Shown here: positions 7,807-18,000 of the stretch, piece by piece
Layout of the letters: each line of letters opens with the position of its first letter
How positions within the stretch are numbered: the stretch's first letter is position 1
From: a virus
Taxonomy: Duplodnaviria > Caudoviricetes
Virus record (IMG/VR): IMGVR_UViG_3300036904_000006
Coordinates: 1-31,677 of that record
Length of the DNA stretch: 31,677 bases
Strand: one strand, 5' to 3'
The notes under the pieces: model-generated
What the model was told of the DNA's origin: nothing
Database searches by the model: none
The model's input: only the letters and a program-made list of their open reading frames with translations
Made by a program: the position numbers and the translations under genes

Positions 7807-8184
7807 TCAGCTCGCCTGCCCATAAATCTTCGCCCAGTTCTGCGGTTCTCTCAGCGGGATAATACCATAGGAGCAGTCACCCGCAGCCCCCACAACCATA
7901 GCGGCGTCGCCGTTTGGTGAGACGACGGCGATGAACTTGTCGAGGGTGCTCGGGATTTCCGTACCACCCTTCTCCGCATTCAGCTCCTTGAGACGCTTGA
8001 CCTGATCGGCGTTGAGGACGATCTGATAGCCCGGCGGCACACCTTCAAGCACCTCTCCGAGCAACTGACCGGGAGGGCACGTGCGCGCCGAGGGCTGCGC
8101 CGTCCACCGAGTGGAGTACCCAGCGAGTGCGAGTAGCCCCACAACCAGTATTAGGCTGGCGATAGCGTCCGATCTAGCACTCAT
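7807..8184 (-). CDS. Membrane-anchored/exported hypothetical protein (125 aa)
   Basis: GAGGAG RBS; N-terminal AIASLILVVGLLALAGYS; two Cys; ATGA overlap. Confidence 0.6.
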   Translation of the reverse strand: MSARSDAIASLILVVGLLALAGYSTRWTAQPSARTCPPGQLLGEVLEGVPPGYQIVLNADQVKRLKELNAEKGGTEIPSTLDKFIAVVSPNGDAAMVVGAAGDCSYGIIPLREPQNWAKIYGQAS

Positions 8185-8612
8185 ATCCGTGTCTCCTCAG
8201 TGTAGTCCGCACGATCGAGGTCGTCTACGCCCACACCGCGCAGGTCGTAGGACATCAGTGCAAGGGCGTTCCAGGCAACGAGGGCGAGGTGGTGGCAGCC
8301 CGTGCCCGGCCGCCCTTCCGCGTCCGGCTGGTCGTCGTAACGGTGGCCTCGGAGGAACTTGTTGAGGTGTCGGCGGAGGGGTCCGGCGACGTGGGACCAG
8401 TCCATTCCTCGCTCCCAGTTTCGGGCGGCGTACTTGTTGGCTCCGGCGGTGAGGACTTGTCCAAGAGCCCACTCCCATTCGGGAGGGATGAGTTCGAGAC
8501 GATTTTTACCCGTGTCATAGCGTAGTCCTTTGTTGTCGACGGGAGGCCGCTTACCGGCCGCCATCGCGTCTCCCAGGTCGTCAATGACCGGCTTCATCAT
8601 CACTTCAGACAT
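8181..8612 (-). CDS. DUF5664 (dATP/dGTP diphosphohydrolase N-terminal-like) protein
   Basis: GLRYDTGKNRLELIP..LTAGANKYAARNWERGM..LRRHL..TGCHHLALVAWNALAL signature; AAGGAG RBS. Confidence 0.85.
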   Translation of the reverse strand: MSEVMMKPVIDDLGDAMAAGKRPPVDNKGLRYDTGKNRLELIPPEWEWALGQVLTAGANKYAARNWERGMDWSHVAGPLRRHLNKFLRGHRYDDQPDAEGRPGTGCHHLALVAWNALALMSYDLRGVGVDDLDRADYTEETRI

Positions 8613-8624
8613 CTCGGAACTCCT

Positions 8625-9149
8625 TCAGGTCAGTGCGTGGAACGCGTCGAGGAAGACGCTCTCAGCCAGTCGCGGCTCCCAGCAGTGGATCGTGATGTCG
8701 AGCGGTTCGGGCTCGAAGTCCCACGGTGCCGGCGGCGCGGACATCAGCGCATTGCACTCGTTGATGAGGATGCGATTGTCGGCGTCCTTGACTTCTTTCG
8801 GCATCTCGGCTGGGAGCTGGTAACGCAGGCCGATGACACGCATCAGCCGCGCTTCCGCCTCGGCATAGCCCTTCAGGAACGGCTTGATTGGGCGCGGAAC
8901 ATCGACGAGATACGCCTCCGTCGCGTCATGGAGCAGGCCCCACAACTGAAGCTCCTTCGGCAGCGCAGTCGCGACGTGGATGCTGTGCTCAGCCACCGAG
9001 TAGAAGCGCTCGACGTGCCCCCCGAACCGGCACAGCAGGGACAACGCATGCGCGATGTCTCGGATGTCGATCTCCTCCACACGAGGGTCGAGCGGCCAGA
9101 ACTGGCGGCCTGTGAACGTCTGCATCCAATTACCTTTGCGATCAATCAT
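8625..9149 (-). CDS. HD-domain phosphohydrolase (YfbR/YfdR-like 5'-deoxynucleotidase)
   Basis: DIAHALSLLCRFGGH..YSVAEHS..LLHDATEAYLVDVPRPIK..VKDAD; ATG 9149 has AGAGGA RBS. Confidence 0.88.
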   Translation of the reverse strand: MIDRKGNWMQTFTGRQFWPLDPRVEEIDIRDIAHALSLLCRFGGHVERFYSVAEHSIHVATALPKELQLWGLLHDATEAYLVDVPRPIKPFLKGYAEAEARLMRVIGLRYQLPAEMPKEVKDADNRILINECNALMSAPPAPWDFEPEPLDITIHCWEPRLAESVFLDAFHALT

Positions 9150-9171
9150 TGTCTTAGTCCTCTTCAGTGGG

Positions 9172-10362
9172 TCAAACAAGTTCTGCGACTTGTCTCATTA
9201 TGAGCCCGCGATCCTTGTGGTAGGTCCAGGCAGTCAGCTCACGGCCAGCAGTGTAGCCATGAGAATTGGCATACGCGTCGGCAGCGCAGATCGTGCGCAG
9301 GGTCTCCCATCGCGCCCCCAAGTCTTCTCCTGCGCGGGTGTGGTGGATGTGGCCGGACCACGCCTGGCGGACCTTGGTACGGCCCCATATCTGCGGCCAG
9401 CGCGCGGCCATGACACCGGGCAACCGGTCTGGCTTGACCTTGTGGCCGTGGTTCGCGGCGAGCATGCAGACGCCGTGCTCGTAGACCCAGAAGTCGCTCG
9501 GGTCGTCGTCCACCGTCACGCGTGGGTTGTTCTCGAAGAGGAGCCCCATGGCGATCGCGATGAGCTGCGCCGTGTCTGGGTCGTGGTTGCCGGGGAGCCC
9601 GCGGTAGATCACTTGGTCATGCTTCGCGAGCGCCATATGGATCAGGTCCACCCGGAGGCGCATGGCCTCCTTACCGATCTTCGGGAACCGACCATCACTG
9701 TCGAGCTGGTTCTTGCCCTCGGGCGTCAGGTTGTCTTTGCCGTTACTGTGCGTCTGGTCGCCGAGATCGAGCACCACGCCGACCTTTGAACCAGGTGTGC
9801 AGCCCACCAGCGTCGAGGCGGAGCCGAGAATGGTCTCGCGGGCGATCTTCAGGTCCCATGGCACGCCGGTCTCCCGCCCCCAAGCAAGCATGCCGATGTG
9901 CAGATCGGACGTTGGATAGACTGTCAGGAGTTCGTCCGTGTATGGATAGGACGGCTCCGCGATAAACTCGGACTTGCCACGGAACTCCCGGAAAATCTCG
10001 ATCAGGTCTTCGCGGGTCTGAGCGCTCTCAGAGAGCTTTGTCTTATACCAACTGTCGCCATGCCTGATCGTCGTGCGTTCGAGGATGTGACCTGGCGGGA
10101 GCGTCAGCTCGTCGTCCGGCTGCTCGGGCCGCTGGACCACCGATGATCCGTCCGCCTCGCGCGTCGTGACCTTCGTGATCTCGAAGCCGGGAAGCACCGG
10201 CCGAAAGCCCAGCTTGCCTTCCTGGGACGCGCGCTTGAGAATAGCCCGGACGGTGTTGTAGCCAATCTCGTGTTTGGTCGCGATGGCCTGGTGCGTCCAG
10301 CCTTCCGTGTGGAGCCGGATCACCTCCTCGACAACCGCTGGGGGGGTGGACGCGCCCATCAT
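9172..10362 (-). CDS. Calcineurin-like metallophosphoesterase with N-terminal HTH (396 aa)
   Basis: SDLHIG, LGDQTH, GNHD, NHGH, GHIHH motifs; N-term EGWTHQAIATKHEIGYNTVRAILKR helix-turn-helix. Confidence 0.85.
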   Translation of the reverse strand: MMGASTPPAVVEEVIRLHTEGWTHQAIATKHEIGYNTVRAILKRASQEGKLGFRPVLPGFEITKVTTREADGSSVVQRPEQPDDELTLPPGHILERTTIRHGDSWYKTKLSESAQTREDLIEIFREFRGKSEFIAEPSYPYTDELLTVYPTSDLHIGMLAWGRETGVPWDLKIARETILGSASTLVGCTPGSKVGVVLDLGDQTHSNGKDNLTPEGKNQLDSDGRFPKIGKEAMRLRVDLIHMALAKHDQVIYRGLPGNHDPDTAQLIAIAMGLLFENNPRVTVDDDPSDFWVYEHGVCMLAANHGHKVKPDRLPGVMAARWPQIWGRTKVRQAWSGHIHHTRAGEDLGARWETLRTICAADAYANSHGYTAGRELTAWTYHKDRGLIMRQVAELV

Positions 10363-10595
10363 TGACGCCTCCAGCAGCCGGCGCGGACCCCGCGCTCGAA
10401 GTGCTCGCTGATCCGCTCGTCACCCGCCTTTGTGGTGGCGCGGACGTCAAAGAGGCTGTCGGTGATCACGCCGCAGGGACGGTCAACGGGCTGGACCGAC
10501 GCACACCCCTGTAGTCCGATCCCAATCGCCACCATGAGCGTAGCAAGCGCGAACCGCGTCGTCGCCCTGCTGGGCCTTGGCACGTTCCTGATCAT
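10359..10595 (-). CDS. o-spanin-like lipoprotein (Rz1-like)
   Basis: Lipobox LQG-C after hydrophobic stretch; overlaps 3' part of upstream gene in another frame; follows endolysin. Confidence 0.7.
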   Translation of the reverse strand: MIRNVPRPSRATTRFALATLMVAIGIGLQGCASVQPVDRPCGVITDSLFDVRATTKAGDERISEHFERGVRAGCWRRQ

Positions 10596-10746
10596 TAGCT
10601 TTCTCCACGTTCTGGATGGCGGCGCTCTCGCCCTCGGAGTAGATGTGGTGGTACTCGTAGGCTCCGAACGCGAGAGCCGCGGCGGCCAGCCCGGCGTAGG
10701 CCAGGGGTCGCCAGTTGCTCAGAATAAGCGAGAGGATCGCGAGCAT
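10483..10746 (-). CDS. i-spanin-like inner membrane protein (Rz-like)
   Basis: N-terminal TM (LAYAGLAAAALAFGAY), helical periplasmic part with C-terminal Cys pair; directly after endolysin. Confidence 0.7.
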   Translation of the reverse strand: MLAILSLILSNWRPLAYAGLAAAALAFGAYEYHHIYSEGESAAIQNVEKANDQERAKAQQGDDAVRACYAHGGDWDRTTGVCVGPAR

Positions 10747-10747
10747 C

Positions 10748-11665
10748 TTAGGTTGCCTTCAGTGTCGTGACACTGACTTGGGGACGCCCTGCGTCGGCGT
10801 CAAGGTTCACAGTCGCAGTTGCCGAACCTTTTTCTGCGGCGGCGCGCACCTTGTTGATCGACTGCACCACGAGCCCACTGACCGCACCCACAGCGGCGAG
10901 CCCGCCGAGGATGTAGCCGAGCCAGCCCGCATGCGGGAAGGCGGCCTGAACCGGCTGGAGCTGGGTCGAGGCGTTGGCCGCGACCGCGCCGGTGGTGGCG
11001 GCGATCGTGGTGGCATGAGCGGCGACCTCCGCAACCTGGGACTTCTTGATGTCGGTGACGGGGGCCTTCTTGTGCCCTCCATCCGCCGTGACGTCGACAG
11101 CCGGGGGCTCGTCAGCCTCCGCCGCCCAGGCGTCCGCGGTCTTGAGCCCGTTGGCGATGCGAGCGTGCCAGCCAGGGCCGAAATACTTCCATGTCGTCAG
11201 GTGCTGGAGCGTGGCGAGCCGGCGCGAGCAGTACGCGCCGATCAGCGCCTCCAACGTCGCCGCGTCGCCAGCAGCGTCCTCGATCGCCTGGAGCGTCTTG
11301 GTGCCGATCAGGCCGTCGATCGCCGCGTCGAGGTGCCCCTCGGCAGTGAGCGCCTGCTGGAGCCACTTGCCGGACTGGCCGGGGCCACTGTTGACCGCGC
11401 CGTCAAAGACCACGAGATCGAGACCAGTCGGGAGCTTGTCTCCCTGGACGACGTCCCAGTACCGGGTCTGGTAAATCTCCTCGACCTCCACGTCGGTGAT
11501 CTCGAAGACGTCCTTCTGAGGCTCACCACGCGAACGGAGGTAAGCGTTGAACGTCGCCTGCGTGATCCCCTTATTGGTGCGCCCGCCGGGATCGTGGGCG
11601 TCCTCGCACTTGCCGCCTTCGTAAACGAGGATGCGCGGAAGCGCACGGGCGAAGTCGTCTTTCAT
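10748..11665 (-). CDS. Endolysin, glycoside hydrolase family 108 with PG-binding domain and C-terminal membrane segment
   Basis: YEGG..DPGGRTNKGIT..YW..VFDGAVNSG..WLQQAL..IDGLIGTKT..FGPGWHAR. Confidence 0.92.
   Translation of the reverse strand: MKDDFARALPRILVYEGGKCEDAHDPGGRTNKGITQATFNAYLRSRGEPQKDVFEITDVEVEEIYQTRYWDVVQGDKLPTGLDLVVFDGAVNSGPGQSGKWLQQALTAEGHLDAAIDGLIGTKTLQAIEDAAGDAATLEALIGAYCSRRLATLQHLTTWKYFGPGWHARIANGLKTADAWAAEADEPPAVDVTADGGHKKAPVTDIKKSQVAEVAAHATTIAATTGAVAANASTQLQPVQAAFPHAGWLGYILGGLAAVGAVSGLVVQSINKVRAAAEKGSATATVNLDADAGRPQVSVTTLKAT
10759..10776. promoter_or_regulatory. Palindromic operator-like site TCAGTG-tcgtga-CACTGA
   Basis: 8-bp perfect arms TCAGTGTC/GACACTGA at 3' end of endolysin, just upstream of spanin start. 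Confidence 0.55.
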
Positions 11666-11676
11666 GTCAGTGCTCC

Positions 11677-11988
11677 TCAGTAGTAATAGAGGACATTCAG
11701 GATGCCGCCAGCGACGGCGTTAATGGCGAGGACGGCGTTGAGGTTGCCGGTGTAGGTGAAGGGGGTGTTGACTGGGAGCAGCCAGCCGACCGACGTGGTC
11801 GGCGCGGTGCCGTCGTCGCGGATGCGGATCGCCTGGACCTCGGCGCTGAAGACCGCGTACTTGGCGCTGGCCGGCGGGGTCAGGGCGGTGGACACAGTGG
11901 GGGTGATCTGCTGGTAGCCGCAGGGGCGGCCGATATACGGCGCGCCGTTGGCATACTGGCCGTTAGCTTGGGCTGGGGTGCCGGTCAT
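11677..11988 (-). CDS. Hypothetical small beta protein (103 aa)
   Basis: GGAG RBS, own promoter; IRIRDDGTAPTTSVGWLLP motif. Confidence 0.7.
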   Translation of the reverse strand: MTGTPAQANGQYANGAPYIGRPCGYQQITPTVSTALTPPASAKYAVFSAEVQAIRIRDDGTAPTTSVGWLLPVNTPFTYTGNLNAVLAINAVAGGILNVLYYY

Positions 11989-12012
11989 CGAAGGAACTCC
12001 GCAGGCGTAACC

Positions 12013-12048
12013 TACAGTGTTCCTACACTGACATCACGGAGGTGGCAA
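12013..12048 (-). promoter_or_regulatory. Promoter with overlapping palindrome upstream of lysis block
   Basis: TTGCCA(12048-43)-N17-TAGGAA(12025-20); TACAGTG-ttccta-CACTGAC at 12013-12032. Confidence 0.65.
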
Positions 12049-12059
12049 GATCAGAAGGG

Positions 12060-15000
12060 CTACTCGTGCGAGTTCGCGTAGCCGATCATCCCGCGAGCGC
12101 CAAGGTCGCGCGGGGTCACGCCCGGCGGCAGCCCGATCGCGGAGGCGCGAGAGCGCATCTGGATCGCGCGCTGGAAATCGGCGAGCGGCGGCAGCAGCCC
12201 TGGATGCTCCTGCTGGGACAGTGCGCTTTGGCCACTCCAGTATTGGAAGTTATTCTGGTCGCCACGCTCGTATGCCTGCACGAGGTGCTGGGTGATGTTC
12301 TGATCCTGGATTTGCCTGCGCTGCTCAATCCCTGAGGCGACGCTGCGGACCTCACTGTACTCGGCCTCTTTCGCCGGATCGACGCCGATCGCCTGCATCA
12401 GCATGTCCTGCGCAGTCGGCGTCAAGGTCTGGCCGTTGATCTTGAGGGGCATGCCGGACTTGTCGCGGTAGCCGTACTTGGCGAGCTGGGCCACCTCAAC
12501 CGGGCCGCGGAGCCCCTCGGGCGCGAACTTCTGGAGCCCGCGCAGGTAGTCGCCGTTGGCGATGTCCCTCATCCCAAGCGCCATGTTCGACATCATGCCA
12601 ACCGGCGCGCCCGCCAAGCGCTTCAGCCAATCCTTCTCGGCGTCCTCGAACTTACGCTTCTCGGTGGCCGCCATCAGCGCTTCGCTGATCCCTGGCGCGA
12701 TCGTACCCTCGCCGAGGTGCGAGAAGTCCGCACCTGCGAACCGCGGCGCGCCGCGCGCGATCGCCTCACCCACCGGAGCGCCAAAGACGTCGGTCAGGTG
12801 GCTGCGGTAGGAGGCTATGAAGTCGTGCGTCGGGTCGTTGGTCGCCCAGTCCGCGAGCTTGTCGGCGACCGAGGCGAGCACGCCGACCATCGGCAGTCCG
12901 AGAGTGCCAGCGAGGACCGTCATGGCGGTCAGGTGGCCGTAGAGGAAGCTGCGCGCCTGGGCGCGCTCCGGGTCGCTCCACTCGGTGCCGCGCGCTGAAG
13001 TGAAGCCCTCCTCGAACGAGCGGTAGAGCTTGTGGGTCAGCTCGGTGCGGAACCGCCAGAACTGTGTCATCAGCGGGGCCAGCTCGCCGAGCGGGCCGGC
13101 GCGCGACATGATCCGCGGCATGGTCGCCGGGTCGTAATTGAACTGGCTGCCGTCCACGACTTTGTCCACGAAGTCGTCAAGCGGACCATCCAGCTTTTCG
13201 CCGCGCCACGCATCCTTGGCAGCGAGCGCCATCTGGACGCGGGGTTGAAGTTCGCAGTACCGGGTGTACGCTGTGGAGTAGGCCGCCAGCTTCTCGCGCC
13301 AGCCACCGCTCTGCTCTTTATTTGGGTCGTCCATCAGCATGGGAGTGAACGACGAAGATGTCATCTTGCCGCGGTTGTCAGCGCGCACGAGGAACTCGGC
13401 GTTCTCCTTCGAGAGTCCGGCCTTCTGGAGGCTATCGACACGCATACCGGCGGACGTCCAGTCCGGGTCGCTCATCATGCCCTTGAGCGCCTTGATGACG
13501 TCGCCGCTGACACGGCCGATCGACTTCGCCGCACCTGCGTAGCCGACGCGGCTGCCTAGTTCGGGTAGCCCGAGGGTGGCGTTCTGCGTCAGCAGGGTGA
13601 GCGCATAGCCGGGCGAGGCCAACTCGAACAGGTAGGACAGGCCCTTAGTGGCGGCAATGAAGCCGTTCGGCTGGCCGACCGGGCGTTGAGTGTCGCGGAT
13701 CAGGAGCTGGTTGAGGGCGTTCTGCGCCATCTCTTTGTGGACGATCAAGGCGTCCGGGTCCTTCTTGAGCGCCGTCATCTCGGCGCGCATCGCCGACAAT
13801 GCTGCGCCCTTCTCAGCGACCGTGCTCATGTTCGCGAGCAGCCGACCGTAGGCTTGCGCGCCCTGATGCAGACCGACGCCAATGTCCTTGGAGTAGCCTT
13901 GAACGTCCTTGCGCTCAGCCGAGATTTTTGCCTGCGCGCTCTCCGGCAGCACATCCATGAGCTGGCGGGTCAGCTCGGTGATGTTGCGCTCATGGGCCGC
14001 GTTGACGCGTTCGGCCTCCTCCGGGCTCAGGCCCTCGACGTCCGGGGCGTTCTGGCGCGCGGCCTCGATCACCTCGTTGAGCATCGTCGGGCGCTGGCCG
14101 GTCTTCAGCTCTTCGGCAAGGCCGGAGCCGATCTCCGCATCCTTACCAAGCGTCTCGGCAAAAGCGTTGTGTAGTCTCTGCGCCTGCTCGCGGGTCTCCA
14201 TCCGGGCGTAAAATTTGGTATTGTCGAGCAGCGGGTTGACCTTAAGGCCATACTCATCGAGGACCGGGCGCAACTTGTCGAGCGTCGCTTGGTCCAGCCG
14301 GCCGGTTGCGCCGGTCGGGAGCTGGGCGGAGACGAAGTAGTCGCCTGTCCGGCCGGAGCGGAAGTAGGGGACGCCGGACTGAATGCGCCTCAACTCTCCG
14401 GTCGCGATGCCGTGCATCTGCTCCAGGCCGACCCGGCGCTCGGGATCGAGCTTGGCGCTCTTGTCAGTGTCAAGGTAGTCCCTGATCCCGGCGAGGCGCT
14501 GCTGAAGCTCCTGCACAGCCTTGTCGCGCCCGACGAGCGGATTGTTGTGGCTGTCGTTGTCGAACTGACGGTCGTGCGCCAGATCGTTCTGGAAGCCCTC
14601 GGTCAAGCCCTTCTGGTCGAACTTGAAGTCCTTGACGTAGTTGTGGAGGGACTGCGCGAGCATGAAGGCCCGGTGCCCCTGGTTCATGGCGATGAGCCCC
14701 TCATAGGCCCCCTTATCCTCCGGGCTCGCGGCCATGTACTCGCGGTGCGCCTGGGCGTACTCGCTCATGAGTTCCGGTGATTGGCGCACCGAGACCGGCA
14801 GCTTGTCCGGCGTCAGCCGGGCGTCGATACCGATCCGGGTCGCATCAGCGACCCTAGAGAGCCGGGCCTGTCGATCAGCCGGGAGCGCGTCGAAGCCGCG
14901 GAGAGGCACCACATCCGCCTTGCTCCATGTGTTCAGCCTAGCGTCGTTGAGCACGGCCGCGCCGAGGAACCGCTGCGCGCTTTTGACACCGAAGCGCTCG

Positions 15001-18000
15001 GCAAGCGCGTTGGCGATGTCGGTGCCGTTGCGCGCGATTAGGAGCGCCTTCTGCGCGCCGACCTTAAGGCTGTCTCCGAGGCCGGAGAGCTTGTCCCGCA
15101 CCTGCTCGGAGGCGGCGACCGCGTCGTGTGTGACCTGCTCCAGCCCGGCTGGCTTCAGCCGCAAGCTCGCCTGCATAGGGCCCTGGCCAGCGCGCGGGAG
15201 CTGCGCGTCCTCGGTCATCAGCCGCTGCCCGGTCTCCATCACCCGGTCGAGCATGGTGGCCTTCGAGCCCTGCACCCCGAACAGCTTGGCGACCGTGTTC
15301 TTGAATGCCTGCCACATGCTGATTTTCCCCTCAGGTGCGGGCGTGGCGCGCAGGAAGTCGCGGAAGGTCTCGTTGGTGAACGCCTCCGCGATAAACTCCT
15401 TGGGGTTGCGCATGCCGTACATCTCGTTGTTCGGCGACTGCGCCTTCATGTAGTCGAAGTGGCCCTGCATCTCCTGCGCAGCCAAGCCACCGGCGTCGAA
15501 GCCGCGGACGGTGGCCGAGTGGATGCCTTCGTGCAGAAGGTTCCGCGTGAAGTCGTTGACGCCGGGAAAAACGTGGACCGTGTCGGTCGTGTGATCGTAG
15601 GCCATATCAGCGGTCTCGCCGGGATGTAGCCCTGCGAACTGCTCGCTCGACTGATCGCCGCCAGCCTGCACCTTCGGGTCGATACCCTTATCAGCCAGCA
15701 TCTTCGCGACGGTTTTGAAGAGGCCGCTCTCACCGTTCTGGGCGATGTACTGGAAGCCGTCACGCGCGGACCCGCGCGCCGCCACGACATGCGCCGCATC
15801 GACGTCGCCCTGGGTGACGCCGCCGCCAGCGTGGAGCGAGGCAAACAAGTTCGGGTCCTGCATCGCGAGACTGGTGCGCGTCCGATTGATCATATTCTCG
15901 ACGGCGTTCTGGTGCGCGTCGATCGCGCGCTGCGCCTCCGGGCTGAACTTCTCGTACTGCTTATCCCATGTCGGGGACTGAAGCACGATGTCCTTGTCCA
16001 CGCTGCCGTTCTTGGCAGCTTTGGTGACGAAGTCGTTCAGCAGACCTTTCTGCTCCTCGATGCCCTTCCAGAACGCCGCGTTGATGCGCGGATTGGCAGA
16101 CGCGGTCATCCTGCTGAGCGAGCCTAGCGTATCCTTGACCGGGTTGGACAGTGGGATCGCCGCTTGTTCAGTCTGACTGGGTGTTTCAGCGTTTGTTGAA
16201 ACCGGGGGCGCAGCCTTAGTGATCTCTGCCGCACGCACTTTCGCGGCTACGCTCGGCTGAAGTCCTGCCTCCGCGGAAGGCTTCTCGGTGATCGGCTTCC
16301 CAATCTCGTCGAGGACGCCGAGATGCTGGCCGGCGGCGATCACGGCCTTGTTGGGGAGGCCATCAGTCGCGTCGAGCTTGGCGAGCACAGACTGCTGTGC
16401 CGCTTCAAGGGGGGTCTCGGCAGCCTTAGGCGTCGTGTCCAGCCACGGCAGCTTCTTGCCGACCACCTGCTCGGTCGAGGCTTTGACCTCTTCGGGCGCG
16501 GCGGCTGCAAGGGGGTGTGCGGGGGCGACCGGGCCAGCGGCTTCGGTAGGCTGCGTCGGGGCGTTCACGCGCGAGATCGCGCCGGCGTCAAATGGCGACG
16601 GATGGTTCGGCGGCCCGCGAGTGCCGTCCGCGAACTGGACTTCAAGCGGGGCTTGGCCTGAGGGTGCCACAGGCGGGCCGGGCGGGGGCGGCTTGTTGGC
16701 TGGCGCGACAGTGCCATCCGGCCATAGGAGCATGCCGTTGCCGATTGGCACCGCGGCCACAGTCGGCGGGAGTTGCCGCGTACCGCTGGCCTCGGCCTCC
16801 TGCATCTTCTGGCGGAAGTACAGCTCGTAGGCCATCGAGCGAGCGGTCTGAATGTCTGGCTCGTTGCGCACGCCGGTGAGCAGCCGCTCCAGCGGCATGT
16901 CTGCGAAAGGCCGCGTCGGCAGCGCGAAGCCTGGCTGAGGGATCGCAACGTCGGCCGGAGGCACACCAGGCTCGCCCGGCATGTTGATCGGCTCGCCGGC
17001 CGCGGTGTGTGCTTCGGGAGCCGCAGCCGGCGCAGGGAGCGCAGCCGGGTTGACGGGATTGGCGAGCGCGGGCTTCTCGACCGGGGCCGGCAGGCCCTCC
17101 ATCGCCATCTGATCGGTGCCGACCGGGCGGGGTAAAGCGCGCTGCGCGCCGAGCTGATCAGTCGCACCGGGCGCGGGAAGGAGGTTCTCGGGGGTCTTCC
17201 AGGTGTCGTAGGTGATCTGCTTCGGCGCACCCATCTGGTCCGTTGCGGCTGGCGGCGGGAGCAGCTTCTGTGCGCCTGGGGGCTGCGTCGCCTCCTCGGT
17301 CGCCTTCAGAAGGTCCGCGTTGGTTGTGTTGGTGGGGTTCTTCTTGGCGAGCGCGTGGACGCCTGCACCGAACAGCGCTCCGGTCGCACCGCCGGTCAGG
17401 ACAGTCTCCAGCATCTCCTGCGCGCGACTTGCGATCGGTCGATCGGGATCGCCCATCTGCTGGGCGATCGCGTCTTGGCCGGCGCTGGCGGCACCCTGAT
17501 AGCCTGCCTGCGCGGCAGCAGCGTGCGCTACGCCACGCCATCCTGCCTGGACAGCGGGCTTGGCGACCGAGCTGAGCAGGCGCTCCATCGGCAGCGCTCC
17601 GACCGCGGCTTCCGGGACGCCGAGCAGGGCCGACTTGGCGGCCTCGCCTCGGGTCACATCCTCACCAGTATACTTCTCCTGGGTCTGGACGTTGCCGCCG
17701 ACCGCAAGGGGGTAGCTGAGCGCACCGGCGACGCCGCCGGCAAGCAGGCCGCCCGCCGCGGTTGCGGGTGCGACGCCTGCGAGGAATGGTGCGGCGAGCG
17801 AGGCCCCCATGATCGGGAGTGCCGAAGGTAGGCCCTTGACCACACGGTATGCGAGCCCGCTCGGGCTCCATGCGCTGGTGTTCTCCCAGTCGGGGTTCTC
17901 GTTCTGCGCAGCGAGGGTTTGCTGTTGCTTGGCCCAGTCGCCAGCCGCCTGCGCGACGCCAGGCGCGCCGAACATGGTCGCCCCAGCCTTGACTGCGCTG

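Noticed and set aside
8181-9149. Calling this a 2-aminoadenine (Z) genome phage
   Set aside because: No purZ in the window; HD and DUF5664 genes are widespread without Z synthesis
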